NCBI GenBank assembly: GCA_040755215.1 | Contig: JBFMBG010000003.1 | Span: forward strand, 19,126-83,125 | Source of the DNA: Bacillota bacterium | Lineage (GTDB): Bacteria > Bacillota > Desulfotomaculia > Desulfotomaculales > Nap2-2B | Direction: 5' to 3' | Length of the DNA stretch: 64,000 nt | Part shown: piece after piece, positions 63,051 to 64,000 of the stretch | Layout: each line of letters opens with the position of its first letter | How positions within the stretch are numbered: position 1 is the stretch's first letter | Made by a program: the position numbers and the translations under genes | The notes under the pieces: generated by a model | Databases searched by the model: none | Seen by the model: the letters and a program-made list of their open reading frames with translations, nothing else | What the model was told of the DNA's origin: nothing

Positions 63051-64000
63051 ATGTTTCGGAGAAAAAAAGATCTTTACCAAAAAATAATCATTTTTAAAGA
63101 GCCCGCAATTGAAAAAAGAGACCTGCATTCTGGATACAAAACCTTGTTGTTTGCCCACGGAGCATTTCAAGTGGAACCACTTCCTTTAATCAATGGAGCG
63201 CTTTGCTTTTTTGAGCAACCAGTTGATTTTGATCAATTGGCCCGGTTGGAGGAAGTTCTTTCCGTAGAGGATAATTTAAAGGTTAAATTATATCCGGTTT
63301 TTGAAAAATCGAAGAGCCTGGTTTTTGACCAGCATCAACGTCAGATTGTTCCCTGGGGGGTTCAGCGCATTGGCGCTCCCGAAGCCTGGCCTGTTTCCCG
63401 GGGTGAAGGAGTAAAAGTGGGGATTTTGGATACCGGCGTGGATTTTTCCCACCCGGACTTAAAAGTTAATTTTAAAGGTGGAATAAATTTACTGTCACCG
63501 CAAAGCCCGCCTTTAGACGATAACGGCCACGGGACCCACGTGGCCGGGATTATTGCCGCCGTAGACAACGGTTTTGGTATCCTGGGAGCATCCCCTGGCG
63601 TCCACCTTTTTGCGGTGAAAGCATTGAACGCCGCTGGGGAAGGGTATTTTTCCGACGTTATCCGCGGGCTGGACTGGTGTATGCAGAATGGCCCGGAAAT
63701 AATCAACCTTAGCTTTGGTTCCGATCAACCAAGCCAGGCTTTGCACGCAGCGGTAAAAAAAGTTGTTGCCGCCGGAAAAATCATCGTCGCTGCGGCCGGA
63801 AACGACGGCACATACCAGTCCGTGGATTATCCCGCCGCTTATCCGGAGGTCGTTGCCGTGGGCGCAACCGACGAGTTTGACCAGATCCCTCCTTTTACCA
63901 GCCGCGGGCCGGAATTAAATCTGGTTGCGCCCGGTTCCAATATCCTTTCCACCACCTTAAAAGGATTTTTTAAACGGCAGAGCGGCACTTCCATGGCCGC
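63051..64000 (+). CDS. Subtilisin-like S8 serine protease, 3' end outside window
   Basis: Not in the ORF track because there is no stop in the window. ATG 63051 (AGGGG upstream). Catalytic triad motifs: VGILDTGVD (Asp), HGTHVAGIIAA (His), GTSMA (Ser, at the window edge). No obvious signal peptide. Confidence 0.85.
   Translation, partial: MFRRKKDLYQKIIIFKEPAIEKRDLHSGYKTLLFAHGAFQVEPLPLINGALCFFEQPVDFDQLARLEEVLSVEDNLKVKLYPVFEKSKSLVFDQHQRQIVPWGVQRIGAPEAWPVSRGEGVKVGILDTGVDFSHPDLKVNFKGGINLLSPQSPPLDDNGHGTHVAGIIAAVDNGFGILGASPGVHLFAVKALNAAGEGYFSDVIRGLDWCMQNGPEIINLSFGSDQPSQALHAAVKKVVAAGKIIVAAAGNDGTYQSVDYPAAYPEVVAVGATDEFDQIPPFTSRGPELNLVAPGSNILSTTLKGFFKRQSGTSMA

Overview
This 64-kb chromosomal window is inferred from gene content to come from a moderately GC-rich, endospore-forming Firmicute of the Clostridia type. 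All protein calls rest on motifs read by eye in the supplied ORF translations. No searches were run.

The backbone is the conserved 'mfd ... ftsH' sporulation and housekeeping neighbourhood: mfd, a PrsA-like PPIase, spoVT, yabN/mazG, hup, yabO, yabP, yabQ, divIC, yabR, spoIIE, tilS and ftsH. At the 5' end lie thiC (partial), thiL, tsaE, tsaB, rimI and pyrF.

A roughly 10-kb stress block sits between yabO and yabP. It contains spoIID, dnaK, grpE, a dnaJ-like gene, a cbpM-like gene, clpB, hsp20, a ferredoxin and rubrerythrin.

The second half carries central-metabolism and redox genes:
- ndk, fhs, hisG, zwf-gnd and a PiT transporter
- an Rrf2 regulator followed by cydABDC
- trxB and meaB
- a ParE/antitoxin pair
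- a partial S8 protease at the 3' edge

No rRNA, tRNA, CRISPR array, transposase or integrase was recognised.

The most interesting signals are:
1. A compact minus-strand operon at 48301..50960. It encodes a fused double dynamin-like GTPase plus three small paralogous helical proteins, one of them tail-anchored. A putative Zn-phospholipase-C-like hydrolase lies next to it.
2. A structured intergenic repeat element of about 190 bp, present in three copies. Two direct copies bracket spoIIE. The element is built from GGCACAAAG/CTTTGTGCC subunits that also occur in at least five other intergenic regions.
3. A dnaK gene whose conserved acidic C-terminal tail is encoded in frame after a TGA stop.
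4. A dnaK-grpE-dnaJ-cbpM-clpB arrangement with no hrcA or CIRCE element.
5. A consensus promoter followed about 130 nt later by an intrinsic terminator just upstream of mfd. This could be a small RNA or an attenuator.
6. An orphan XRE/Ner-like divergent switch next to a copy of the repeat element.

Many long antisense ORFs in the track are GC-driven shadow ORFs and were not called.
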